From Pseudomonadota bacterium (GTDB lineage Bacteria > Pseudomonadota > Alphaproteobacteria > Sphingomonadales > SMXR01), in assembly GCA_022566895.1 (NCBI GenBank), contig JADFIA010000001.1:631-64630 (forward strand): a stretch of 64,000 nucleotides of DNA, given 5' to 3'. Shown here piece by piece: positions 1-9,201 of the stretch (positions are counted from its first letter, which is position 1; each line of letters starts with the position of its first letter). The position numbers and the translations under genes were made by a program. The notes beneath the pieces are model-generated. The model had not been told where the DNA came from. It worked only from the letters and a program-made list of their open reading frames with translations, and did not search any database.

Positions 1-641
1 CCATCGACCTTTTCATTAAGGATCAACTGACGGCCCGGCAGGCGATCGACGACGTTTCTTAATATTGCGCCGGTCGCACCGTTGGCCGGATCCCAGGCGA
101 CGTTCAGTGGCTTGCCTTCAAAATCTCTCAAAAGCCGTGCCACGTAGGTCTCAACGATATCAACTTCTTCGGCAGCGCCCTGGCCGGTAGAAAAATCTCC
201 CGCTGCGGCGATCTTGCCCAATTCCTGTATTTGCGAGCCGTAGAGGGCGTCCTGGCCCAGCATCATCTTGAAGCCGTTATGGTCCGGCGGGTTGTGCGAG
301 CCGGTCACCATGATGCCGCCGTCGGTCTCATACTCGAACACCGAGTAATACAGCATAGGCGTCGGCCCGAGGCCGCATCTTAAGACATCGATGCCGGCCG
401 AGGTCAGGCCCTCGACCAGGGCCGCCTCCAATTGCGGCGAGGTCAGACGACCGTCGTAGGCCACCGATACGCGGCTGCCGCCATTTCGCCGGAGCATGGT
501 GGCGTAGGCTCGCCCCAGTGCCCGCGCGTCGGCCTGCCCCAGCGTTTCGCCCACGGTGCCACGGATATCGTATTCCCTTAAAATAGAGGGGTCAAAGTCA
601 TGGTTATTTCCGGAAGGATTTCGTGATGCCCCGGCGGTCAT
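1..641 (-). CDS. Phosphomannomutase/phosphoglucomutase, 5' part (runs off the left edge)
   Basis: Manual translation gives MTAGAS...HDFDPSILREYDIRG...YDGRLTS...GIMVTGSHNPPDHNGFK (SHNP catalytic Ser motif). The ATG overlaps the manC stop (ATGA). Confidence 0.93.
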   Translation of the reverse strand, partial: MTAGASRNPSGNNHDFDPSILREYDIRGTVGETLGQADARALGRAYATMLRRNGGSRVSVAYDGRLTSPQLEAALVEGLTSAGIDVLRCGLGPTPMLYYSVFEYETDGGIMVTGSHNPPDHNGFKMMLGQDALYGSQIQELGKIAAAGDFSTGQGAAEEVDIVETYVARLLRDFEGKPLNVAWDPANGATGAILRNVVDRLPGRQLILNEKVD

Positions 642-2071
642 TCGTCGACCCGCCCAAAATCATCATCAAAACGGATGATGTCGTCCTCGCCCAAATAGGT
701 TCCGGACTGGACCTCAATAATATGAAGCGGTTCGCTGCCCGGGTTTTCAAGCCTGTGTTTGGCGCCCAAAGGAATAAAAGTAGACTCGTTTTCCCTGAGA
801 TCGAAGACCTGATCATCCCTCGTCACGCGCGCCACGCCTTTGACAACGATCCAGTGCTCAGCCCTATGGCGATGCGCCTGGAGCGACAGTTTCTTGCCGG
901 GTTTGACGATCAGGCGCTTGACCTGAAAATTGTCGCCGGCGTCGGTCCCCTCGAAACTGCCCCAGGGCCGGTGAACCACCGTATGAAAGAGGTGTTCCTG
1001 CCGGCCTTCTTGCTTGATTTTCTCGACCAGCTTTTTGATGTTTTGTGAGGCCGCCTTGGGAGCGACAAGGACCATGTCCTTGGTCGTAACGACGATCATA
1101 TCCTCAATGCCGATGGCAGCGATTCCAGGTCCATCGGATCTCAAGATATTGTTGGAGCTGTCCACGGCGATAACATCGCCCGAGATTGTATTTCCGGCTT
1201 GGTCCTTGGGCCCCATTTCCCAAAGCGCCGCCCAGGACCCGACGTCATTCCAGCCCATAGAAACCGGAACAACCACAGCTCGCTCAGTCTTTTCCATAAT
1301 CGCATAATCGATAGATTCGGATTTGGAAGACAAAAACGCCTCTTTTTGGGGGCGTTCAAAATCGAGATCCGATTGCCGCTCCTTAATCGCTCGTCTGGCC
1401 AATTTCAGTGTGTCGGGATCAAATCTATCGAACTCCTCAAAAAGGCTCACTAACGGCAACATGAAGATACCGCTGTTCCAAAGATAATCCCCGGCCTGGA
1501 GATAGCTTTCGGCGGTTTTAGCATCCGGTTTCTCGACAAAATTTGCGACTTTGAAAGCGCCTGAAACCCCAGGCAATTCGTCGCCCCGCTCGATGTATCC
1601 AAACCCCGTCTCCGGGCGCTCGGGAACGATGCCGAAAGTAACCAGAGCGCCTTGTTCGGCGGCCCGGGCGCCAAGCTCGACAGCCGCGTAAAAAGCGTCA
1701 AGATCACCGATCATATGATCCGAAGGCATTACCAGGAGAATTGCGTCCGGGTCTTCCTCTGCAATCCGAGCTGCTGCGAGCGCGATAGCTGGCGCCGTAT
1801 TTCGTCCTTCGGGTTCCAGTATGATTACGTAGTCATCGATTCCCAGCCGCTGAAAGGTTTCAGCGACCAAAAACCGGTGATCGTTGTTACCCACTACAAC
1901 CGGCCTCCCGAGGTCCGGACGTCCGATGAAGCGCCGCAGGGTCTGTTCGAACAGGGATTCTTCTGATTGAAGGGGCAGAAACTGCTTGGGGTAGGCGGCC
2001 CGTGAGGCCGGCCACAATCGGCTGCCGGCACCTCCAGAAAGAATCACTGGCCAGATGAGTTGGCTTGTCAT
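638..2071 (-). CDS. manC: Mannose-1-phosphate guanylyltransferase/mannose-6-phosphate isomerase
   Basis: PVILSGGAGSRLWPASR..PKQF, EPEGRNTAPA, WNSGIF, WNDVGSW and a C-terminal cupin (RPWG...HRAEHW). Start set at MTSQLIW. Confidence 0.95.
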   Translation of the reverse strand: MTSQLIWPVILSGGAGSRLWPASRAAYPKQFLPLQSEESLFEQTLRRFIGRPDLGRPVVVGNNDHRFLVAETFQRLGIDDYVIILEPEGRNTAPAIALAAARIAEEDPDAILLVMPSDHMIGDLDAFYAAVELGARAAEQGALVTFGIVPERPETGFGYIERGDELPGVSGAFKVANFVEKPDAKTAESYLQAGDYLWNSGIFMLPLVSLFEEFDRFDPDTLKLARRAIKERQSDLDFERPQKEAFLSSKSESIDYAIMEKTERAVVVPVSMGWNDVGSWAALWEMGPKDQAGNTISGDVIAVDSSNNILRSDGPGIAAIGIEDMIVVTTKDMVLVAPKAASQNIKKLVEKIKQEGRQEHLFHTVVHRPWGSFEGTDAGDNFQVKRLIVKPGKKLSLQAHRHRAEHWIVVKGVARVTRDDQVFDLRENESTFIPLGAKHRLENPGSEPLHIIEVQSGTYLGEDDIIRFDDDFGRVDE

Positions 2072-2260
2072 AGATCGGGCCCCTGAACTGGTCAAAGAAA
2101 TCCAATGCCAAGTGGTTATATAAGGGTTGAATAGCAACCGCAACACAACCAGAACCGCTCAAATTGGAGACCGGGTGCTTTCCCGATAATTCGAGCGCGT
2201 GCTCCATCCTTGACCCGGGATAAGAAACCTTGAAGATGAGGCTCGACGGGGGTCAGTCGC

Positions 2261-3988
2261 ATGAACGACACACAAATTACCGCACCAGCGCCTGAACGGC
2301 AAAATCGTTGGGAGTCGGCGGCTTGGTTTTTCTTGGTAGGAGTGGTTCTTTCGCAACCTCTTTTGCGATTCGTGCTGAGCGCTTTTTTGGAGCGTGGGGC
2401 GGCTTTCGTCGTGGTTCACACAATGCCGTTTGTTCTCCAGCTTGGGTTTTGCGCAGCCTTCCTGGCCGCCCGCAGACAGAGGACGATCACTGTCCCGTTG
2501 CTTTCCAGAAATCTCTGGCTGACGATTGCCTTTTGGCTGCTTGTGGCGGCGCTTTCGATTGTCTTCAGCCCGCATCCATACATCGCTCTCACGCGGCAAT
2601 TCGTGTGGATTGAGGCGGGCCTTTTCTTGGTCCTGGCCTATGCCTTTTTCAGAGCATTCCCGGCAAGAAAGGAAATGATCTTGAAGTTGATCTGGATCGG
2701 CGGATTGGCCTATGGCCTGCTTCTCCTGGCCTATATGTACCAGATCGGCATCGGGACCTTTGGCGATGATCCGCCACGCGCCCCGCCGGGTTTCGGAAAC
2801 GTCCGGCATTTTGGATACTATCTCTCGATCGTCATAGTGGCCGGCATGGCTCCGACCTTGCGAAGCGAATTCAAGTGGAACAGCGCTGCCGGTTGGGCAG
2901 TGTTTGCCGGCCTTGTCTTCATTTGGTCGTTGGCCGCCTGGGCCGGCGGACGAGGGCCCTATTTTGCCTTGGGTCTGGGATTTTTGGTTCTTGTTCTGAT
3001 GCGTAGATTGCCAAGGCCGGGACTGCTTGCGGGCTTTGCAATTGTTGCCGCCCTTGGAGGCGGTCTTTTGTCCCTCCTCTTTCCCCTGCCAACTGAGTCG
3101 TACGGTTTCTTGCGCATCTTGGGGCTGGAGGGTCCGGGATTCTTTACCGACCTGAATACCCTTTCTACGAATCGAATCCTAATGTGGCAAACGGCGTTCC
3201 ATGTCATAGATCAGCGACCTTTTTACGGCTTCGGACCTGATCTTTTCCCGTTCGAAATAGGGTCATATTTTTCTGTTTTTGCGCAACCCCATAATTTCGT
3301 CGTTCAGTTCGTTTTAGCTTGGGGATTTGTAGGATCTATCGCCATGCTGGTTATTCTCGCCGTCGCTGTGCGCGGGGCGATCGGCGCCGGAGCCGAAACT
3401 CCAGGGGCCGATACTGTCATATGGAAAACGGCCGGAGCAGGCGTAATCGTCCTCATGCTTTTCGGCCTTGTCGACGGCACCCTCTATCACCAGGTTCCGC
3501 TGTCTATGCTCATCGTCTTCCTGGCGCTCGCCGCGTCTGCAAAGGTCCGGCTTCGAGAGCAGCAGCTTCAGCGACGCGGCTGGCTGATCGGCGCCTTGGC
3601 CGCGGTCGGGTTCGTACTCTTCTTCCATGGCCTTTCTATCTATGCATTCCGAACCTCCGGTACGCCTGAGCCGAACAGCAACAGAATCCATATTATCCAG
3701 ACATTTCCGTCGTCAATGTGGGCTTTCGACGGGCCATTGGTTTTGGCGCGCTGGGCGGATCGCTGGCGCGAAGAAAACGAAGAAGATTCCCTCGACCTCT
3801 TACGATGGGCGGCCGGCTATGCGCGGAACGAAGAAATTCGACACCTTCTGCTGGCCCGGGTCGACTATATCCGAGGCGATGTGGTAGCAGCCCGGCGGCG
3901 CTTGAAGCTGGCCGAGGAGTCGCCGCGGGGCTACGTTTTGGGCCTCATTGAGGAAGTGCAGTCGCGTTACGATCCGGAATACGAATAG
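2261..3988 (+). CDS. O-antigen ligase/O-oligosaccharyltransferase family membrane protein
   Basis: Many TM segments; R..MW..A...I..RPFYGFG and QPHNFVVQ Wzy_C motifs; soluble helical C-terminal tail. Confidence 0.8.
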   Translation: MNDTQITAPAPERQNRWESAAWFFLVGVVLSQPLLRFVLSAFLERGAAFVVVHTMPFVLQLGFCAAFLAARRQRTITVPLLSRNLWLTIAFWLLVAALSIVFSPHPYIALTRQFVWIEAGLFLVLAYAFFRAFPARKEMILKLIWIGGLAYGLLLLAYMYQIGIGTFGDDPPRAPPGFGNVRHFGYYLSIVIVAGMAPTLRSEFKWNSAAGWAVFAGLVFIWSLAAWAGGRGPYFALGLGFLVLVLMRRLPRPGLLAGFAIVAALGGGLLSLLFPLPTESYGFLRILGLEGPGFFTDLNTLSTNRILMWQTAFHVIDQRPFYGFGPDLFPFEIGSYFSVFAQPHNFVVQFVLAWGFVGSIAMLVILAVAVRGAIGAGAETPGADTVIWKTAGAGVIVLMLFGLVDGTLYHQVPLSMLIVFLALAASAKVRLREQQLQRRGWLIGALAAVGFVLFFHGLSIYAFRTSGTPEPNSNRIHIIQTFPSSMWAFDGPLVLARWADRWREENEEDSLDLLRWAAGYARNEEIRHLLLARVDYIRGDVVAARRRLKLAEESPRGYVLGLIEEVQSRYDPEYE

Positions 3989-4001
3989 AGGATCGATCCG
4001 G

Positions 4002-5264
4002 CTAGGGCTTGGCCAGCGACAGCTGCATGACATCGATGCTGCCGCCGCGCAGGCCGCCCTCGCAATAGGACAGGTAATAGACCCAGATCCGCCGGAATAT
4101 CTCGTCGAACTCTTCGGGAAAGACGTTTCGCGACCAGGCGTCCTCAAACCGCTCGTGCCAAGCAGCCAATGTGCGGGCATAGTGCTGGCCATAGGTCTTA
4201 AAGCTGTCCCAGCCCAGCCCGGCAGAGGTCACGCGCTCTTTTAATTTGGAAATCGACGGCAGCATTCCACCCGGAAAAATATAGGCCTGCACAAAATCGA
4301 CGTCCTGGCGGTAGGTCTCGAACAAATTCTCGTCGATCGTAATGATTTGCAAAGCCGCTTTTCCGCCCGGCTTGAGACAGCGATAAATGGTCTCGAAAAA
4401 GGCCGGCCAGTATTCCTCACCGACGGCCTCGAACATTTCGATCGAGACAACATGATCGAACTCCGCCTCAACCTCTCGGTAATCCTTGAAAAGAATCTCG
4501 ACTTGATCCGTTAGTTGCGCTCCCTCAATGCGCTGGCGTGCAAACTCGAGTTGTTCCTTGGACAATGTAATGCCAGTGACCAGGGCACCGCGTTCTTTGG
4601 CAGCAGTCTCGGCAAATCCGCCCCAGCCACAACCGATCTCGAGAATTCGTTCGCCTGGTTTGACATCGATCAGATCCAGAAGCTTTCTGTATTTGCTGAT
4701 TTGGGCGGCCTCCAGCGAGTCGTCTCCTTCCTCAAATATGGCCGAGGAATAGGTCATCGAAGGATCTAACCAGTGTTTGTAAAACTGATTACCCAAATCG
4801 TAATGAAAGGCAATGTTCTGTTTGCTGCCGCCGCGGGTGTTCGCATGTTGCCGGTGCCGGACCCGATTGATCATCCGTATCCACGAGGCGCCCCGCAAAC
4901 CGTTTCCAATGCCTTCCCGATTTGCAGCCCCAAATTCAAAAAACGTTGGCAGGTCGGGAGTATCCCAGTCGCCGTCAATATAGGATTTAGCGAACCCGAC
5001 GCTGCCGCCAAGCATCATTCTGCGAAAAGCGCGCCAGCGATGAATGTGCATAAGGGCGCCGGGCCCTTTCGCGCCGCTTTCAATTGTACGCGTCTTGCCG
5101 TCCGGCAGCTCCAGGCGAAGCCGTCCTTTGTCGATGTGACCTTCAAATACCTGAACGAAACGGTCGAGTCCGGCCCCCGTGATCAGGCCTGCCAGCCATC
5201 CGCCGGACGCAATGCGCCCACCTCCCTTATAGAGATTTCCCGGATCGCTCGTGGGTGCATTCAT
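4002..5264 (-). CDS. cfa: Cyclopropane-fatty-acyl-phospholipid synthase family methyltransferase
   Basis: NIAFHYDLGN, MTYSSA, LEIGCGWGG, SIEMFEAVG, YIFPGGMLP, YYLSYCE motifs. Confidence 0.92.
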   Translation of the reverse strand: MNAPTSDPGNLYKGGGRIASGGWLAGLITGAGLDRFVQVFEGHIDKGRLRLELPDGKTRTIESGAKGPGALMHIHRWRAFRRMMLGGSVGFAKSYIDGDWDTPDLPTFFEFGAANREGIGNGLRGASWIRMINRVRHRQHANTRGGSKQNIAFHYDLGNQFYKHWLDPSMTYSSAIFEEGDDSLEAAQISKYRKLLDLIDVKPGERILEIGCGWGGFAETAAKERGALVTGITLSKEQLEFARQRIEGAQLTDQVEILFKDYREVEAEFDHVVSIEMFEAVGEEYWPAFFETIYRCLKPGGKAALQIITIDENLFETYRQDVDFVQAYIFPGGMLPSISKLKERVTSAGLGWDSFKTYGQHYARTLAAWHERFEDAWSRNVFPEEFDEIFRRIWVYYLSYCEGGLRGGSIDVMQLSLAKP

Positions 5265-5435
5265 AAAGCCGCCCTTGTTCCCCAAGTGCCAACCGATCAA
5301 ATCCGATGCGTCGATGGCAAATCTAACTCCTTTCGAAGCAAAGGACCAGCCACCTTTCGCCGCTTGGGCTTCGCCTTGACCCGGCCATGAAGGCATGTCT
5401 TGATGCGCTGGTTCGTATCGGGAAGGGACCTCACA

Positions 5436-6311
5436 TTGTCGCGGATCGCCTACGTTAACGGCCAATATTTACCGCATTCTGCCGCCTCGATTCACGTCGA
5501 GGACAGAGGTTATCAGTTCTCCGACGCTGTCTATGAAGTCATCATGTTCGTCGCTGGATCGCCGCTCGATATGGAGCCGCACCTTGACCGGCTCGACAAT
5601 TCGCTCGCTGAGTTGGCGATCATCCAGCCAATGGTTCGCTCAGCCCTTCGTCGGGTAATTATGGAGGTCGTGAGACGCAACCGGCTTCAAAACGGCATTG
5701 TCTATCTTCAGGTTTCCCGGGGCGTGGCCCCGCGCGACCACGCGTTTCCTTCGGTAAACGTCGACCCAGCTTTGGTGATGACAGCGAAACGTTTGGATTT
5801 CGCCAAAATCAGGGACCTTCAGAACCGCGGGGTCGGGGTCAAGACGGTTCCCGAAATTCGCTGGCGCCGCCCCGATATCAAGTCAGTGTCGCTTTTGGGC
5901 AACGTTCTAGCCAAGGAGAGCGCCAAGATCGATGGCGCCTATGAGGCCTGGTTTATTGATCAGGCGGGATTAGTCACCGAAGGAACCTCAACCAATGCAT
6001 GGATCGTAACTTCGGACGACACGCTGATTACCCGTCAGCTGGACCAGGCCATTTTGCCAGGAATTACGCGCGCAGTCCTTTTCTCGGTGGCTGCGGAGCT
6101 GGCGCTTAAGGTCAAGGAACAGGCTTTTTCGATCAAGGATGTTTTGTCTGCCAAGGAGGCCTTTCTGACCAGCTCGACCAATTTTGTGATGCCCGTAATC
6201 AGCATCGACGGGTCGCCGATCGGCCGATGCGAGCCGGGCGATGTCTCGAAGAAGCTGGTTGATGCCTATTGGCGCTATGTCGAATTGACAACTGCGGATA
6301 ACGCTCGCTAG
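5436..6311 (+). CDS. dat: D-amino-acid transaminase (PLP class IV)
   Basis: SRIAYVNG, EDRGYQFSDAVYEV, DIKSVSLL, TEGTSTN, ILPGITR. Probable TTG start after AAGGGA. Confidence 0.88.
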   Translation: MSRIAYVNGQYLPHSAASIHVEDRGYQFSDAVYEVIMFVAGSPLDMEPHLDRLDNSLAELAIIQPMVRSALRRVIMEVVRRNRLQNGIVYLQVSRGVAPRDHAFPSVNVDPALVMTAKRLDFAKIRDLQNRGVGVKTVPEIRWRRPDIKSVSLLGNVLAKESAKIDGAYEAWFIDQAGLVTEGTSTNAWIVTSDDTLITRQLDQAILPGITRAVLFSVAAELALKVKEQAFSIKDVLSAKEAFLTSSTNFVMPVISIDGSPIGRCEPGDVSKKLVDAYWRYVELTTADNAR

Positions 6312-6321
6312 TCAAGCAATC

Positions 6322-6900
6322 CTATTGGGGCTGTTCTCGGCCGTCTTCGTTATTTTCGTCGAACAGATCGTCGAAGTTCAATTCAATATCACCATCCCGA
6401 AATTCCAGGTACCATCGATTTCCGTCGATCCGATTGACCCGACGAACCGGATGTGGATGCCGTAGCCGTTGCGCCCGAAGAATGCGGCGGCGTTCCATCA
6501 CATCGACGCCCTTTAGGGCCTCGATCACTGCACCGTGAATGGGTTCCTGGATACGAACCGAAAGTTCACGCATTTGCTCGTAAACTTGCCTTAAGGCCTC
6601 CTCGTTCAACTCCACTTCACCAAGCAGCCGCACCGCGTCGCGTCTGGTCTGGCGATAATCACTGTAAACCCGACGCAATTCATGGCGACGTTCGTGCATT
6701 GCGTCCTCAATCCGCTCCAGCGCTTCACCCCGCAAGCCATCGGGGACGCTCTGAAGATTAAGTGCCACAACCGGTCTGACGAGCTGCGATTGCGGCTTCA
6801 GCACACGGGCGACGATGAAGCCACCCAGAAAAAGATTGAGGGCCAAGGAGCCCACCAAAACAACTTTTACCCAGCCAGCCTGTTTGGTAAACCAGTCCAT
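6322..6900 (-). CDS. Periplasmic heavy-metal sensor (ZraP/CpxP-like) family protein
   Basis: N-terminal TM with SLALNLFLGG motif followed by a helical charged domain; third gene of the ECF operon. Confidence 0.7.
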   Translation of the reverse strand: MDWFTKQAGWVKVVLVGSLALNLFLGGFIVARVLKPQSQLVRPVVALNLQSVPDGLRGEALERIEDAMHERRHELRRVYSDYRQTRRDAVRLLGEVELNEEALRQVYEQMRELSVRIQEPIHGAVIEALKGVDVMERRRILRAQRLRHPHPVRRVNRIDGNRWYLEFRDGDIELNFDDLFDENNEDGREQPQ

Positions 6901-7397
6901 CAGTCCACAAGCTCAATATCCGCCACAATCGACGGGTTTTCGAACAGATAGGCGCTGGCGTCAATCCGCTCAATCGATTCCGGCCCGGTCGAAAAATTGG
7001 AAAATCCAAGCATCAAACCCAAAATGCCGGCCGCGGCAAGTCCGGTCAATTGTACGGCAAAACCGGTTGGGCGAAACCAGCTTAGAACCGCTGCCTGGCC
7101 ATGGTCATCTGATCCGGCGCGCCCGCCTCTTGCGGCCCGCCGGGTTTGATGTCCGCTGATCGCCGGAATCTCAGCAAGCCGCCTTAAATAAGCATCATCG
7201 GCTGGCTGCGGGGCCGGCACCCTGTCGAGCATATGATCAAGCGCCCCGCCGGCTTCGAGCAGATTCTTGGCATCGGCGCTGGTTTCGATCAACGCCGTCG
7301 CGGCATCCCGCTCGGCCTCAGGCCAAGCATCAGAGCGCGCACCATAACTGTCCAGAATGGCCCTAAATCGCTCAATTTTCATGGTGCTGCGGGTCAT
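6900..7397 (-). CDS. Putative anti-sigma factor
   Basis: ERF..ILDSYGA....WPEAER N-terminus and a single TM; directly downstream of the ECF sigma gene. Confidence 0.7.
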   Translation of the reverse strand: MTRSTMKIERFRAILDSYGARSDAWPEAERDAATALIETSADAKNLLEAGGALDHMLDRVPAPQPADDAYLRRLAEIPAISGHQTRRAARGGRAGSDDHGQAAVLSWFRPTGFAVQLTGLAAAGILGLMLGFSNFSTGPESIERIDASAYLFENPSIVADIELVD

Positions 7398-7409
7398 AAT
7401 TCCATGCCT

Positions 7410-8021
7410 TTAGCTCTTATCCAAATAATTCCGTATTTGATTATTCATCGCTTTCTTCAGCCGCTTTCGCCCCCTGGTTAGAAGGGATTCCAAAGCTTTG
7501 ACTCCGAGGCCAAGGATTTCTGCCGCCTCCTTGTTGCTCAGGCCCTCATAATAACACAAAGTAATGGCGTATCTCTGCCTTTCCGGCAACTGATCCAACT
7601 TTCGTTTGACATAAGATGCGATTTCACCTTCCTCATAAGCGCCTAACGGGTCCTCTCGTTCATCGACACCGTCGAATCCTTCCGGCAAACTTTCCGGCCG
7701 CTTCTTTCGTTTGCGATCGAGGCACTGGTTCAACACCACGCGATAAAACCAGGTCGTAAATTTGGCTGCGGCCGGATCAAAAGAATTGGCGCGAGACCAT
7801 AATTTTAAGAACGCTTCCTGTACCGCATCTTCGGCTTCTGCCCTGTCCGCCAACACCCGCTCGGCAAAAGCAAGATGGCGGTTCGTGTGGCGGGTCACCA
7901 GGACTGCATAGGCCGCCTCGTTTCCTTCCGCCACCTGCCTGACCAAGACCCGATCCGATTCAGCAGACAAGCCGAAACTCGCACGACCGGTTTTCCCCGG
8001 CTTCTTCGGTGTGTCGCCCAC
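7410..8021 (-). CDS. ECF RNA polymerase sigma-70 factor
   Basis: AEDAVQEAFLKLW, FTTWFYRVVLNQCLD, LPERQR..ITL..YEGLSNKEAAEIL. GTG start after AAGGAG. Confidence 0.92.
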   Translation of the reverse strand: MGDTPKKPGKTGRASFGLSAESDRVLVRQVAEGNEAAYAVLVTRHTNRHLAFAERVLADRAEAEDAVQEAFLKLWSRANSFDPAAAKFTTWFYRVVLNQCLDRKRKKRPESLPEGFDGVDEREDPLGAYEEGEIASYVKRKLDQLPERQRYAITLCYYEGLSNKEAAEILGLGVKALESLLTRGRKRLKKAMNNQIRNYLDKS

Positions 8022-8175
8022 GGCGATGGCGTCTCCTTGGCCGCTCCGTACGCAAACGGCTGTCAATATTGATACGCAATACGGGCGCGCAACCCTTCGT
8101 TTCGCACAAAGTAACATTTCACGCGGAAAACCGGAGATTCCAACTCTTTCACCCGGCCTGCTGCTCAATACTGGA

Positions 8176-9201
8176 TCAGGTTACCGTCCACGTCCGTCCC
8201 TGGCGGATGACTGCATCCAAATCGCCGATCCCGTGCTTTTTAATACTGGCATCTATCTGTTTCATGGCTGCGGCCTCAAAACTCTCGCTTGGAGCGGCAT
8301 AAATCACTCCCAGAACGACAGGATAAGCAGGCGCTGTCAGAGACACCAACAGCTGAGCCAATATCGGGTTGGTCTCGTCATGGACAATAATATCCTTCTC
8401 GCCGACACCATCCTCGCCGAGGGTGACCACTTCGAGCCGCAGCTTGTCGGCGTTCAGTCTCAAACCCTTTTTATTCTCGGACCCGAAGAGCAGGGGCTCG
8501 CCGTGAACCGCATAGACCCTGGTTTCGGCTGCATTCGCCTTGTCCGCAAAGTCAGAAAAGACACCGTCGTTGTATACGATACAGTTCTGGAAGATTTCAA
8601 CGAAGCTCGCACCCTTGTTTCGATGGGCCCGCTTGAACACATCAGGCATGTGCTTTTGGTCGGTGTCGATCGTGCGCGCAACGAATTTGGCGCCAGCCCC
8701 CAGCGCGAAGGCGCAGGCAGAGACGGGGTTTTCAAACGATCCCTGAGGTGTCGACGGCGATCGCGTACCTGGCCTTGAAGTCGGCGAGTACTGGCCTTTG
8801 GTCAGGCCATAGATTTCGTTGTTAAAGAGCAGGATATTGAGATCTACATTGCGGCGCAGGACGTGAAGCAGATGGTTGCCACCTATGGAAAGGCCGTCCC
8901 CATCTCCGGTGATCACCCAGACATCCAAATCGGGATTGGCGAGTTTGACCCCTGTGGCGATGGCCGGCGCCCGACCGTGGATCGTATGAAAACCGTAGGT
9001 GGCCATATGATAAGGGAAGCGCGACGAACAGCCGATTCCCGAGACAAAAACCGTATTTTCGGGCCGCGCCCCAATCTCGGGCAAGGTCCGCTGCATGCAT
9101 TTGAGGATTGCGTAATCACCGCAACCGGGACACCAGCGAACCTCCTGATCGCTTGTAAAATCCTTAGCAGTCAATTTTCCGGCTGTTGTGATCTCGTTCA
9201 T
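8176..9201 (-). CDS. korB: 2-oxoacid:ferredoxin oxidoreductase beta subunit
   Basis: WCPGCGD, SGIGCSSR, HGRA, TPP motif GDGDG...NN, YGLTKGQ.SPT. Confidence 0.92.
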   Translation of the reverse strand: MNEITTAGKLTAKDFTSDQEVRWCPGCGDYAILKCMQRTLPEIGARPENTVFVSGIGCSSRFPYHMATYGFHTIHGRAPAIATGVKLANPDLDVWVITGDGDGLSIGGNHLLHVLRRNVDLNILLFNNEIYGLTKGQYSPTSRPGTRSPSTPQGSFENPVSACAFALGAGAKFVARTIDTDQKHMPDVFKRAHRNKGASFVEIFQNCIVYNDGVFSDFADKANAAETRVYAVHGEPLLFGSENKKGLRLNADKLRLEVVTLGEDGVGEKDIIVHDETNPILAQLLVSLTAPAYPVVLGVIYAAPSESFEAAAMKQIDASIKKHGIGDLDAVIRQGRTWTVT

